Source: a virus. From it: a stretch of DNA of 64,000 nt. This document shows positions 1-10,022 of this stretch, piece by piece (position 1 is the stretch's first letter; each line of letters begins with the position of its first letter). The notes beneath the pieces were generated by a model. That model was given only the letters and a program-made list of their open reading frames with translations, was not told the DNA's origin and did no database searches. Location of the stretch: IMG/VR virus record IMGVR_UViG_3300008267_007212. One strand, given 5' to 3'. The translations under genes and the position numbers were made by a program.

Positions 1-21
1 CAACTATTTCAGCATTAAAGG

Positions 22-1503
22 TCACGACAATACTTTTACTCCGTATAATTGTTCAAATCTGTCAGCGTCGACCCGGTCATTGACCATAGGTTCACCCCTA
101 ATGTTTAGACTAGTATTTAATAGCATAGGACAATCTGTGACAATAAACCATTTTTCTAAGAGTTCTCTGATTCCCGATCCGTCCTTGGGCACAGTCTGAA
201 CACGACTAGTTCCATCATGATGCACAATAGCAGGAAATAAGTCAGGACTACGGCAACAAGCGACTGACTGCATATAAGGACTATGATCGAAGCCAGGGGG
301 CATATCAAAATACTCGCTAGCGTATTCTGCCAGAATAACTGGCGCAAAAGGTCTGAACTTTTGTCTACGTTTGATTTCATTTACTCTATCCTTAATATCA
401 TTTCCTCTGGGGTCAGCCAATAAACTACGATTGCCTAATGCTCGCGGGCCGAATTCTGCGCGGCCACTTGCCACACCAACAATACGATCACGCAAAAGAG
501 TATCCAGGGCGTCATTAACAGGGTAAGAGCCAGGAATAAGATGACCCAGATAAGCATCATTCCAATTAATGCGGCCGCCATAAACAAGAGCAGCGGCACC
601 AAGACTAGACCCTGCATCCCCGGGATTAGGCATAATCCAAATATTTTCAAAGTATCCTCCTACACAGCTATTAATACTACAGTTAAGAGCAACACCGCCC
701 ATGTATACCAGATTAGAACTCCAGTTAAAATCTTTTGCTCTACGCATGATATTTAACACTAAATCTTGGGTCAGATCTTGTGCGCTGGCTGCAATGTCCA
801 TATCTCCTACGTAGGACAAATACTTTTGTTCTATGCCCGTATGAAGATTTTCTTTAAATTTAATTTCCCATTCATTGTGCAAAAATTTGGACTTAAATAA
901 ATCAGTGAACGCTGGCACACCATATGCTGCCATACCCATAAGAATATATTCTTCTTCATTGGGTTTAAGACCAACACGTTCTGTCATTGCACTGTAAAAC
1001 AGTCCTATACTATGCGGATATTTTTGACGCCATAATCTTTTATAAACGGCTTTTCCTTGAACGTATTCTGCTGCCCAAATGCTTATTGTATCCCATTCAC
1101 CAATGGCATCGATTACAACCACCGTGGCTTTGTCAAATGGGCTTGTCTGAAACCCTGCAGCCGCGTGGCATAGATGATGATTGTGCGTTGAAATCGGTCC
1201 TGGGAAATTAGAAAATTCTTTGCCTATTTGCCTATTAAGAATCTGTCGAACAGTTAATTTATTCCATTCAACACCTTGACCGCTGTACAGTTGTCTTAAC
1301 TGTTTATTCCATGGTCGTTCATAGTAAGCAACATGGTCAATTCTATAATTAATTATTTCTTTGATTATACCAGGACTTAAATTTGGATCGTTTTTAATTT
1401 TACTATAGCGTTCACTGTGACCCGCATATAATATATTTCCATGATAGTCAATGACACTTAATGCAGCATCATGGAATCCTGCAGATATTCCTAAAATATT
1501 CAT
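22..1503 (-). CDS. Carbamoyltransferase, NodU/CmcH/TobZ family
   Basis: N-terminal ILGISAGFHDAA, HHLCHAAAG, DAIGE, GGVALN and PGDAG motifs (Kae1-like domain). C-terminal GRAEFGPRALGNRSLLADP, RPFAP, DGTSRVQTV and LLNTSLN motifs (YrdC-like domain). Confidence 0.95.
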   Translation of the reverse strand: MNILGISAGFHDAALSVIDYHGNILYAGHSERYSKIKNDPNLSPGIIKEIINYRIDHVAYYERPWNKQLRQLYSGQGVEWNKLTVRQILNRQIGKEFSNFPGPISTHNHHLCHAAAGFQTSPFDKATVVVIDAIGEWDTISIWAAEYVQGKAVYKRLWRQKYPHSIGLFYSAMTERVGLKPNEEEYILMGMAAYGVPAFTDLFKSKFLHNEWEIKFKENLHTGIEQKYLSYVGDMDIAASAQDLTQDLVLNIMRRAKDFNWSSNLVYMGGVALNCSINSCVGGYFENIWIMPNPGDAGSSLGAAALVYGGRINWNDAYLGHLIPGSYPVNDALDTLLRDRIVGVASGRAEFGPRALGNRSLLADPRGNDIKDRVNEIKRRQKFRPFAPVILAEYASEYFDMPPGFDHSPYMQSVACCRSPDLFPAIVHHDGTSRVQTVPKDGSGIRELLEKWFIVTDCPMLLNTSLNIRGEPMVNDRVDADRFEQLYGVKVLS

Positions 1504-1601
1504 TTATAGATAAAAGGATCTTGCTTTCGCAATTCTTTGAGTTTGCGACGATAAGTGATTTCTAATTTAATTCTGTAGTATAAATTTTTAAGCCATTTCA
1601 T
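1500..1601 (-). CDS. Unannotated 33-aa basic peptide MKWLKNLYYRIKLEITYRRKLKELRKQDPFIYK
   Basis: Translated by hand. It fills the gap between two operon genes: ATG 4 nt after the upstream stop, and its TGA overlaps the carbamoyltransferase ATG (ATGA coupling). Confidence 0.8.
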   Translation of the reverse strand: MKWLKNLYYRIKLEITYRRKLKELRKQDPFIYK

Positions 1602-1605
1602 GATA

Positions 1606-2706
1606 TTATTTATTGAGTAAACTACTGCTGTAATCGTAACCAGGTTTTAATCTTTCGATTTGTTGATCATAGTAGTCTTTGTCCGACCAAGTATAAGAAT
1701 AGACAGAGCGTAAAATGTTTCCCGACCCATCATCGCATTGAATTGAATATATGTCTAAATAACTCGATAGTATGGGCCAAACTTCGCTGTATTTGATCGT
1801 ACCAAAACTTCTTTGTAAGTCAACTTGCCCCACTGAATGATATCCGAAATTATATTGATTATCTTCGGGATCGAATCCATTTCGTTCAAGCCATGATTTA
1901 AACCCAGACATTTCTTTGGTGTACCAAGGGTGAGGCCCATTATAACATACGTCCTGTGCCCATTCGATATCAAACTCGCCGCTGTAGTAACGTAGATGTG
2001 TAATAGCATCACAGGTTGTCTTGTCGACGTCAACTCCTTTTTCATCTCTATAAACTTCAAACAGTGTTTTGCCAATCTGTGTCCAATGTAAGTAGACTTC
2101 CCCGAATTTTCTATCATACCTTGATTCTTTAAAATTAGTTTTATATGTTGACGGAAATTCGTATCGCGAGGCATTTAGAAATGTAGTGATTTGACTAGGC
2201 CTAACCCACTCAGGCAATGTTGCTTGTTTACGTTGACTCAGCATTAAACTCTCTGCTTCGTGACATAGATTATTCAATTGTCTGATAGCGAATTTAGTTG
2301 TATAATCTGCTTGTTTATAATAATCACTGAGTCCCCACACAGTTCCTTGCAAAATTTCAAAATGGTTATGCAATTTGTTCATTAACTCTTGATTAGGATT
2401 TAATGTTTCAGGATTTCGTAGAGTAAAAGGGTAAAAGTTTTCTTCTATTTTATACTCGCCTTGGAAGAAATCATTTATTACATTCTTGACCCAGAATAGT
2501 TCTCTACAAATATATTCTAAATCTCTTTGACTGTCGGGAAATCCCAAGAAGCAAAAGTTTTTTTCCAGATATTTGTGTTGCTGTACAATTTCTTGTAATG
2601 CCGTAAACCATCGCTGAGCCATTTCATGCTCGTAGACATTGATAATATAGTCTAATGTTTTTGTTTTATCTAACGGATTTCGTAGTGTTATTATTACTTT
2701 ATTCAA
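1606..2706 (-). CDS. Hypothetical protein in the modification operon (His-containing helical motifs)
   Basis: 366-aa ORF overlapping the upstream gene. Motifs NKLHNHFE, LNNLCHEAE and YLHWTQIGKT. No family recognised. Confidence 0.75.
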   Translation of the reverse strand: MNKVIITLRNPLDKTKTLDYIINVYEHEMAQRWFTALQEIVQQHKYLEKNFCFLGFPDSQRDLEYICRELFWVKNVINDFFQGEYKIEENFYPFTLRNPETLNPNQELMNKLHNHFEILQGTVWGLSDYYKQADYTTKFAIRQLNNLCHEAESLMLSQRKQATLPEWVRPSQITTFLNASRYEFPSTYKTNFKESRYDRKFGEVYLHWTQIGKTLFEVYRDEKGVDVDKTTCDAITHLRYYSGEFDIEWAQDVCYNGPHPWYTKEMSGFKSWLERNGFDPEDNQYNFGYHSVGQVDLQRSFGTIKYSEVWPILSSYLDIYSIQCDDGSGNILRSVYSYTWSDKDYYDQQIERLKPGYDYSSSLLNK

Positions 2707-3991
2707 TTGAATTCCACCATTTTAATACTTCAGGTTTTGTTGAGAGTATATCACGCATAGTATAACTATCATTTCGAATTTGTTCAAGTCTTTCGATTCT
2801 TGCTTTTCCTTTACGCAAACCAATTTGATATTCGTTGGGCCATTGTTCCTTAAAGGTGGGTCTAGTTTTTAGTTGGACAAGTATATCCTTTAACGGATTA
2901 TTACTAGTACCACTTATGATTTCGTCTGCCCAAGGATGTAATAATTCCCGGGGAAGAGATAAAGGTGACATAACTATGTCTGGACTAAAACTAAAAATTA
3001 CTTTCGCGAGAATATCGACTTTTTCTTCTTCTGCAAGTCGCTGGATATTAGCAATTTCGAACATGCCGGGCAAAGTGAGCGTAAAGTCAATTCGCATTTG
3101 ACGTCTGTGACTAGCGATTTTAACTCCTTCACGGAAGTTTGCAAGCCAAGAATTGTAGTCAAGGCCTGTTCTAATGTATTCTCCAATTTTTCCTGTGCCG
3201 TCGATACTTGCACAAATCTGCCAATCACGAAGCCCGCTGAGAATATCATTATAAAGATTGATACCTTTATAATTAATTCTTGATAAGTTTGTATTGTATC
3301 TAGCGTAAACATTTGGGCCGTCTCCTAATTCTATTATTCTCTGCATGTATCTCCAATGTTGCTCATACATGAGAGGCTCGCCCCCTACCCAATATACTTC
3401 TTCGACTCGATGCTCTTCGACGGCTTGACTAAACTCTGCCTCAATTTGTGTGTCTTGAAACTGTTCAATTTGTTTTTTGATTTCGGGCTGCATCCAATTA
3501 TTTTTTGGATCCGCCCAATTGATCATGTTGTGTTGTCGTTGCTCACTTTCCCAAGCACTGCTTAACATGTCTCCACACATTCGACATTTAAAATTACAAA
3601 GATTACTAAATCTGTAATCCCAGCTCACAGGCTTCATATCTGTTGAGCCGTCGTGGCAAGTTTTTTCCATTGCTTCATTGTACTTATGACCAAACAATTG
3701 ATTAAAATAGCTACGGTAAACATTGGTGTTTAGCAATTTGTCGTTGCATACTTCACACTCTGGCAGAGTTTCGCCGGCCATCATTCGACGCCGAACAGAT
3801 TTCATATGTTCACTATTCCAATGTTCATCTAAATTAATTGGTATATATTTTCCAGTACCAGACTTAGTATCTATGTACTGTTGAAAACTTTGTGCTGGTT
3901 CGCGACTTGCACAACACATTCTGCGTTCTGTTTGTGGACTCAGATATGTATGTGTCCACGGTGCAAGGCAAAGAGTAAGCGGTTTATTCAT
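2699..3991 (-). CDS. Radical SAM protein with N-terminal SPASM/twitch-like Cys module
   Basis: CNFKCRMC (CxxxCxxC), GGEP and YNTN motifs. N-terminal CLAPW..CC..CxxC. Confidence 0.92.
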   Translation of the reverse strand: MNKPLTLCLAPWTHTYLSPQTERRMCCASREPAQSFQQYIDTKSGTGKYIPINLDEHWNSEHMKSVRRRMMAGETLPECEVCNDKLLNTNVYRSYFNQLFGHKYNEAMEKTCHDGSTDMKPVSWDYRFSNLCNFKCRMCGDMLSSAWESEQRQHNMINWADPKNNWMQPEIKKQIEQFQDTQIEAEFSQAVEEHRVEEVYWVGGEPLMYEQHWRYMQRIIELGDGPNVYARYNTNLSRINYKGINLYNDILSGLRDWQICASIDGTGKIGEYIRTGLDYNSWLANFREGVKIASHRRQMRIDFTLTLPGMFEIANIQRLAEEEKVDILAKVIFSFSPDIVMSPLSLPRELLHPWADEIISGTSNNPLKDILVQLKTRPTFKEQWPNEYQIGLRKGKARIERLEQIRNDSYTMRDILSTKPEVLKWWNSIE

Positions 3992-5189
3992 AGCCCATGG
4001 CCTTTGCTATTTCGGGATGTGTATCCATAAAATTTTGTTTTCGATAAGCATCTGTGCGCTTCATATTGTTTAAAAATATTTGCCCGTCGCTGCCTGCACC
4101 GTTTTCGATAAATTTAATTACATTTTCAATTTCTTGGTGATGTTCCTCTGTGTTCCAAAAAGTTGTTTTAAGTTTATTCAAAACTAATTCTTTGGCTGCA
4201 GGAGTTAACTGTTGAATACTCATATGGTCTGGGCTGTGCAACATATTAAAATAAATGCTGTCAAAAGGTTTGGTGCTTGCCCAGGCCAGTAATTCATCTA
4301 AGTAATATACATTTTGAATATTAATAGTGAAACAAAGTTGAGTAGTAATGTTAGGCGTGTCAACGTCACGGGCAAAATGAACTCCGTCGATTATTTCGTT
4401 GGCCTTATCCCAATCTGCCCCGTATCGTTCATATTCAAATCTTTCACCGACATTGTCGATGCTAAATGCAATATCTACACGACCAAAATTATTCCATAAA
4501 GCTGATTTTTGTATGCCTAACCCGTCGATAGTTGCATTGGTATTATAATGAATATCGATATGTTTACTATGGCCTGTTGCTACTGCATATCGTAGTAAAT
4601 CCCAGTGTTCTTCGATTAACCAAGGCTCGCCCCCGGTAAATTCAAAATACTTAATATTGGGTAGTAACGATTTTAAATTCTCCCAAAAATTAGGACTCTC
4701 CTCTGGCCACTTACCTTGTTTAAGCCAAGTATATGCAACATGTTTTTTCTTATCATGTCCTTGCGGCAAATACTCTAATTCTTCTGCCGCCCACTTACTA
4801 CTGCTCCAACTGCCGCATATCCTGCACTTTAAATTACAAATGTTGCCCAGCTTTAAATCAATGAACCATAATTGATCAGGAACATCGTTTTGCCAATCGA
4901 CCAATGGGTATAACTCTTTGAGTCTAACTTGACTGTGAATACGTTTACTAGTCCTGTTTGCGGCTTCCTCATCCCAGCATAATTTACAGGTATTTGGTTT
5001 TTCGCCGCGGCGGAATTGTCTACGTAAGTTTTGCATATACTCGCTAGTATATGCATCTTGTAATGTATGTCTTCTAAGATCAACACCAGTAATATCTTCT
5101 CTTGCAAGACAACAAGGTCTTGCAGTACCCATGGGGCTAGTCTCGATACTAATCCATGGCAACATACAAATACTATTAGGTAAAGTCAT
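3984..5189 (-). CDS. Radical SAM protein with N-terminal SPASM/twitch-like Cys module
   Basis: CNLKCRIC, FTGGEP and YNTN motifs. N-terminal CMLPW..PCC..CKLC. Confidence 0.92.
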   Translation of the reverse strand: MTLPNSICMLPWISIETSPMGTARPCCLAREDITGVDLRRHTLQDAYTSEYMQNLRRQFRRGEKPNTCKLCWDEEAANRTSKRIHSQVRLKELYPLVDWQNDVPDQLWFIDLKLGNICNLKCRICGSWSSSKWAAEELEYLPQGHDKKKHVAYTWLKQGKWPEESPNFWENLKSLLPNIKYFEFTGGEPWLIEEHWDLLRYAVATGHSKHIDIHYNTNATIDGLGIQKSALWNNFGRVDIAFSIDNVGERFEYERYGADWDKANEIIDGVHFARDVDTPNITTQLCFTINIQNVYYLDELLAWASTKPFDSIYFNMLHSPDHMSIQQLTPAAKELVLNKLKTTFWNTEEHHQEIENVIKFIENGAGSDGQIFLNNMKRTDAYRKQNFMDTHPEIAKAMGYE

Positions 5190-6523
5190 TTATTTTTTAA
5201 CTCGCTTAATTCAGGAAATGTGTTCCAAAAGTTTTCTCCCCTGAGATTATCAATTAAATTAATTTCTTGTTTAAATTTACCCCAGTGCTGTGAGCCGTCG
5301 GTGGACATTAGGAAATTAATGGCACTCTTGAATCCAGTTGTTGCTCGTTTTAATGGATCTTGCGGTTCTAACCATTCAATATGTCTTTCGTATGCTGGTT
5401 TAATTACTCGCTCTTTAAATTCTTGCGGGAACAAATCAATCCTATACCATTCAGGACTTTGACAAATATTCACATTAAAATCTTTAGGCTTAATAAATCC
5501 CATATCAACCCATTCTTTATGAAAATCTAAAACGTGCAATACATTCATAGCACTAATAGTAGATGCAATATAAAAATCTACGTGCGGTACTTCTTCCAAC
5601 ATACGTTCACGATTGCGAACTGTTTGTTTCCAGTCTGTGCCTTTTCGCATTAGTTCTGCTCTGGCTCCGCTGGCATCTAAGCTGGCTCCTACTCCTACAG
5701 TTCTAAAATGTTTCCAGTATTCGAATACATGTTTATCTTTAAAAGCTAATTCACTAAAATTTGTATTGTATTGAATACAAACGTCTGTTCGTCCTGCTTC
5801 AATAAGTTTTTCTAATAGATAATAGTGTTCCTTCATAATCAAAGGTTCACCGCCTGCAAAATAAACTTGTTCCAAGTAGGGAATATGTTCTTCCATTTGT
5901 GCAATCATATAATCTTCGTCGCCAGCAGCATATTCAATTCTGGCCAAATCTTTGCCGTTTACGTCAGGCACTCTATTGAATAATTTGACATGATCATTAT
6001 ACCAATTACTGCTAAAAACCGGGCCGCACGTTCTGCAACGAAAATTACACAAATTGCTAAACCTAACGTCCCAGTATCTGATTTTAAATTCTGGGTGTGT
6101 TCCGTCTGGCAGTGTTTTATCTACGTCTGCAATATTATGTCCGTAACTACGATTAGCATCATAACGCATACTAAAGAATCCGTTTTCTTCTTGTTCATAA
6201 CATTTGGTACATTGTTTAACTGGCTGATCTGCCATCATTAAACGTCTGATCTCTTTGTACCCTTCTTGGTTCCAAACTTCTTGCATTGAATTCTTTTTTA
6301 AATTTCCAATTGGATGAAAGTATTCTGCAAAGCAACAAGGATACACTCTGCCGTCTGGGTAAGCATGTTGGTGAACCCATGGTAACATACAAAAAGATTT
6401 ACTGTTCGTTAATCTGTTGATTTGAGTTTCTGTCAGCGTTGCAGGATCTGCAAATAATGGTTTCCTACTATTGTAATCGTAACCACGTTTATAAAATCTA
6501 TCAGTTTTTTTATCTTCGCTCAT
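5186..6523 (-). CDS. Radical SAM protein with N-terminal SPASM/twitch-like Cys module
   Basis: CNFRCRTC, FAGGEP and YNTN motifs. N-terminal CMLPW..DGRVYPCC..IGNL..CTKC is a textbook SPASM-like signature. Confidence 0.93.
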   Translation of the reverse strand: MSEDKKTDRFYKRGYDYNSRKPLFADPATLTETQINRLTNSKSFCMLPWVHQHAYPDGRVYPCCFAEYFHPIGNLKKNSMQEVWNQEGYKEIRRLMMADQPVKQCTKCYEQEENGFFSMRYDANRSYGHNIADVDKTLPDGTHPEFKIRYWDVRFSNLCNFRCRTCGPVFSSNWYNDHVKLFNRVPDVNGKDLARIEYAAGDEDYMIAQMEEHIPYLEQVYFAGGEPLIMKEHYYLLEKLIEAGRTDVCIQYNTNFSELAFKDKHVFEYWKHFRTVGVGASLDASGARAELMRKGTDWKQTVRNRERMLEEVPHVDFYIASTISAMNVLHVLDFHKEWVDMGFIKPKDFNVNICQSPEWYRIDLFPQEFKERVIKPAYERHIEWLEPQDPLKRATTGFKSAINFLMSTDGSQHWGKFKQEINLIDNLRGENFWNTFPELSELKNK

Positions 6524-7869
6524 AGTGTATTATACCAATCTGCCAGAGAAGGAAATGTTTTACAGAAGTCTTTACCTCTGCGCTGATCGTACTGTGTGTA
6601 AAATTGTTTGAAATCACTGCGTAATTTAGACAGCTCAAATGCATCGCTGTGTGGAGTTTTTACAACATCCAAGTAATCTATTAATCTCTGTAAATGATTT
6701 ATTTCATGCTCATGTAAATAGTTATGTCCTTTATGGCGAACAAGAAAATTAACCAATTGATCTTTGTATTTTGATTTAATATCATCAGGCAACACCAATG
6801 GACTCTGAAAACTAGGAAAACGTAAAATATTTAAAGTAAAATTAGGATAGTCTCGGCCGAATTCTTTCTTTAAGTCTATTAGAGTATCTAAGAAATCAGG
6901 CAATGTATCCAGGCATAATGCATTAATTGTACACATAATATGAAGCCCGCGAAACTTTTTACTGTTAACAAGCTTCATAATATTTTCTAACCACAGAGTA
7001 TAATTTAAACCATCTCGTATATATTCTGCTTGAATGTGATCACTTTCGTTGCTAGTATATAAGTCTATTTCTAAACCATCCACGCTGTCAATTAATCTAT
7101 CGATATCAACTTGATAACCTAAATTACTGTTAATAGCTAAACGTGTTTGGCTTTTACCTTTATTAGTTTTAAACCAATCGATTAGTTTCCAAGTTTCTCC
7201 ACTCATCAAAGGTTCTCCGCCCGTAATACGTAATTCCTTTAATGTGCGATGTAAGTCTGATTCCCACCATTTATGAAATGCTTCAACATAGGGATTAACT
7301 TCGCCAAATTTATATAGTTGACTATGATCATGAGTATGAGTAAAATGATTCCTGCCGTCACTAACCAATCCTGTATAAGGCCCGTTACGTTTGATGTCAT
7401 TGACCCATGTACTGCTAAAAGCAGGATTGCAATAACTACAAGCAAACTGACAAGTTCTGTCGAAAGCAATTTCAAGAGTTTGAAGATTGAAATCTTCTCT
7501 TGCTGGGGTTCTGTATGCATATGCCAAATCTTCATCATTGTAAATTACAGTTTTGTATACTCGATCGCTTATTGCATCTCGACCCATGTCTTCGATCTTC
7601 CAGCAGTACTCGCAACCTGACGGTCTTTCGCCCTTCTGCATCTGCTCTCGTTCCATTTTCTTTTTTTGAGTATTGTGCAATGCCCTAGGATTTCGTTCAA
7701 CATCGTCAATGTCTACTTTGTGCGGCAAGGGATGGTGGCAACTAGTAGTCATTCCGCTACCTAACCATATAGTAGCATTATACCATTTAGCTCCGCAAAA
7801 AGAATTTGATTTAATGTCGATTACTCTGCGTTTGTAATCTAAGTCTGTTTCATTGTTTATTCTTGGCAT
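6520..7869 (-). CDS. Radical SAM protein (CxAKW subclass)
   Basis: CQFACSYC and ITGGEP motifs. N-terminal CGAKW..SCHH..CEYCW. Confidence 0.92.
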   Translation of the reverse strand: MPRINNETDLDYKRRVIDIKSNSFCGAKWYNATIWLGSGMTTSCHHPLPHKVDIDDVERNPRALHNTQKKKMEREQMQKGERPSGCEYCWKIEDMGRDAISDRVYKTVIYNDEDLAYAYRTPAREDFNLQTLEIAFDRTCQFACSYCNPAFSSTWVNDIKRNGPYTGLVSDGRNHFTHTHDHSQLYKFGEVNPYVEAFHKWWESDLHRTLKELRITGGEPLMSGETWKLIDWFKTNKGKSQTRLAINSNLGYQVDIDRLIDSVDGLEIDLYTSNESDHIQAEYIRDGLNYTLWLENIMKLVNSKKFRGLHIMCTINALCLDTLPDFLDTLIDLKKEFGRDYPNFTLNILRFPSFQSPLVLPDDIKSKYKDQLVNFLVRHKGHNYLHEHEINHLQRLIDYLDVVKTPHSDAFELSKLRSDFKQFYTQYDQRRGKDFCKTFPSLADWYNTL

Positions 7870-8890
7870 AGTTGTTAAATTTAGTTGTGAACTCGTCTAT
7901 TAAATTTTTATCCTCACCCGGTGGTTGTGTGGATATCATTACATTCCTATTGTGTCTACAAATATCTTCGGCTTCATTTAAAAATTCTTCTAAATTAGAA
8001 TTGCAAAGAAATTCTACCACATCCACTATTCGATCCAGTCGTTTATCGTTGTCGTCTATTAGATCAAACGATTCATCTATTAGATGACCAAACGTTTTAA
8101 ATCCCTGATTGTGTAAATCTCTATAGAATCCATAGTTTGCCACTGCTACAAATGGGTGCCCAATTTTAAGTGGCTTGTAAATTTTTTCTGTTCTAAAGCT
8201 ATAAGGCAAATAAAAATTTGTTTCAGTGACAACACTGAAATAAGAATCTTCAAAAATATTTGCAAATATTTGTCCGTCGGGCCAGTCGTTTAATTTATAT
8301 TTTCCGTTTATTACATTATCACTGTTGACTTGAAATTGGTAGTCTTTGGGCAAAAATTTATTGTCGTAGAGAGCAGACCATAAACTTCGGACTAACAAAT
8401 CTTTTTTATTTAATTTTTCTATTAGTAATGAACGATGCGATCTTTCTATTCCATTTAAAAAATTAAACAAAAATGTCTTATTCCTTTTTAAAAAAATTCG
8501 ATCAATTATCTTCGAATCTCTTTTTTCGAGCTCGGTTGTTGTACGTCCTAAAATATACCTAAATATGTCTACGGTTACATGTGCTATACCCGGGGGCAAA
8601 TCTCCCGACGACATTATAAACGGTAGACGCACAAAATCATTCCATCCTATTGCCTTTAATGTATCTAACACTGTATTGGTACCTTCGTGTAGCATACTTA
8701 GTATAAACAAATTTTTGCTGTCCAAGGAAATAATATTTTTTTTAATAATATCCCCCGTTAATAAAACAATACCATTGTTTGAAATTAAACTTTCTACGGT
8801 ATCGTGCTCCATTATTTCAAAGTAATCGGGGTACCAATTAAAGAATTCTAAATCGTCGTTTTTTAACGAGTTAATTTTAATCTTTTGCAT
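7850..8890 (-). CDS. Hypothetical protein, possibly glycosyltransferase-like (TEK..KP..HPF motif)
   Basis: 346-aa ORF. VVTET..RTEKIYKPLKIGHPF resembles the nucleotide-sugar-binding TEK motif of GT10/GT-B-like enzymes. The functional call is weak. Confidence 0.5.
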   Translation of the reverse strand: MQKIKINSLKNDDLEFFNWYPDYFEIMEHDTVESLISNNGIVLLTGDIIKKNIISLDSKNLFILSMLHEGTNTVLDTLKAIGWNDFVRLPFIMSSGDLPPGIAHVTVDIFRYILGRTTTELEKRDSKIIDRIFLKRNKTFLFNFLNGIERSHRSLLIEKLNKKDLLVRSLWSALYDNKFLPKDYQFQVNSDNVINGKYKLNDWPDGQIFANIFEDSYFSVVTETNFYLPYSFRTEKIYKPLKIGHPFVAVANYGFYRDLHNQGFKTFGHLIDESFDLIDDNDKRLDRIVDVVEFLCNSNLEEFLNEAEDICRHNRNVMISTQPPGEDKNLIDEFTTKFNNYAKNKQ

Positions 8891-10022
8891 TTAAAAGATC
8901 CTTAACTTTGTCAGGAAGAGTAATGTTTTTTCTATCTTCCCATTGTTTTAAAAAGTGTAAAAATTCTGAAAATAAAGTTTTATTAAATTTGGTTGAAGAC
9001 AATATACTTAAAACAACATCAACATTCTTTATATTTTTATTATCTAACAAAGTTAATAACACAGTTTCTGCTTGTTTTTTAATCTTATCCGGAGTTGCTT
9101 CAATGCTTTGAATTCTGGGATTTTGACCATATGACAATACCCAATGAAATTTATCTTTATATTTTTCTATTCTGGGCAGTATTACAGTAGATGAGAAGTT
9201 TTCAATATCGCAGAGAGTTAAATTAGTCATCAGACTTGATATATTAATTTTGATATTTTCTTCGCTGCGTTCTAATAGATAGTCCAAATTCTTCAAAAAT
9301 AAATCATAATCAAGACCATATCTAACAAATTCTGATATTTCATCACAAGAATCTAAACTGGCGTTTATTACAATGTATTTGAATTTATGTCTATTAGATA
9401 GTAGTTTATCTATTGCTTTTTTATCGACCATTAAATTTGAAGTTACATCTAAAATTCCTTTATGGTCTATCGTATCTAAGATATTAAAAAAATTTTTATT
9501 TATTAATGGTTCACCACCTATTATTCTCAAAGTTTCAAATTTCACAGTGTTTAACAATTCTAAATTTTCATCTATTAATTGCTTATTTTTAATATCTACA
9601 CTGTAGACATGTCGATCTGTAAACAATTGATATTTTTGATTTTGTATATCTTTTTCCCATTGACTGCTAAACTTTGGATTACAATACATGCATTGCATAT
9701 TGCAAGCATTGCCAACATTAATTTCAATTACCTTAGGCGATTTATTATTTTTATATTCATTAAATGTCGATATATCAAATTTTTTTAAGAATTGAATTCT
9801 GAGACTGGTGCCGTTTGTTTTTTCAGAATTCCAACAATAAGAACAACTTGGATCTTTTACATTGTTTAATAAATTTTGTTTTTGATGATCAATGATTTCA
9901 TTGTAATCGTTGACAAATTTTTCTGGCTTTGCTTTACAGCAACCATATACATAGTTATAACTAGTATTGATGATTAGCTCATCCCATTTAGCCGGACAAA
10001 AAGTGTCAGGTAGTTGTTGCAT
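8877..10022 (-). CDS. Radical SAM protein (CxAKW subclass)
   Basis: CNMQCMYC and IIGGEP motifs. N-terminal CPAKW..GCC..CSYCW. Confidence 0.9.
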   Translation of the reverse strand: MQQLPDTFCPAKWDELIINTSYNYVYGCCKAKPEKFVNDYNEIIDHQKQNLLNNVKDPSCSYCWNSEKTNGTSLRIQFLKKFDISTFNEYKNNKSPKVIEINVGNACNMQCMYCNPKFSSQWEKDIQNQKYQLFTDRHVYSVDIKNKQLIDENLELLNTVKFETLRIIGGEPLINKNFFNILDTIDHKGILDVTSNLMVDKKAIDKLLSNRHKFKYIVINASLDSCDEISEFVRYGLDYDLFLKNLDYLLERSEENIKINISSLMTNLTLCDIENFSSTVILPRIEKYKDKFHWVLSYGQNPRIQSIEATPDKIKKQAETVLLTLLDNKNIKNVDVVLSILSSTKFNKTLFSEFLHFLKQWEDRKNITLPDKVKDLLNAKD

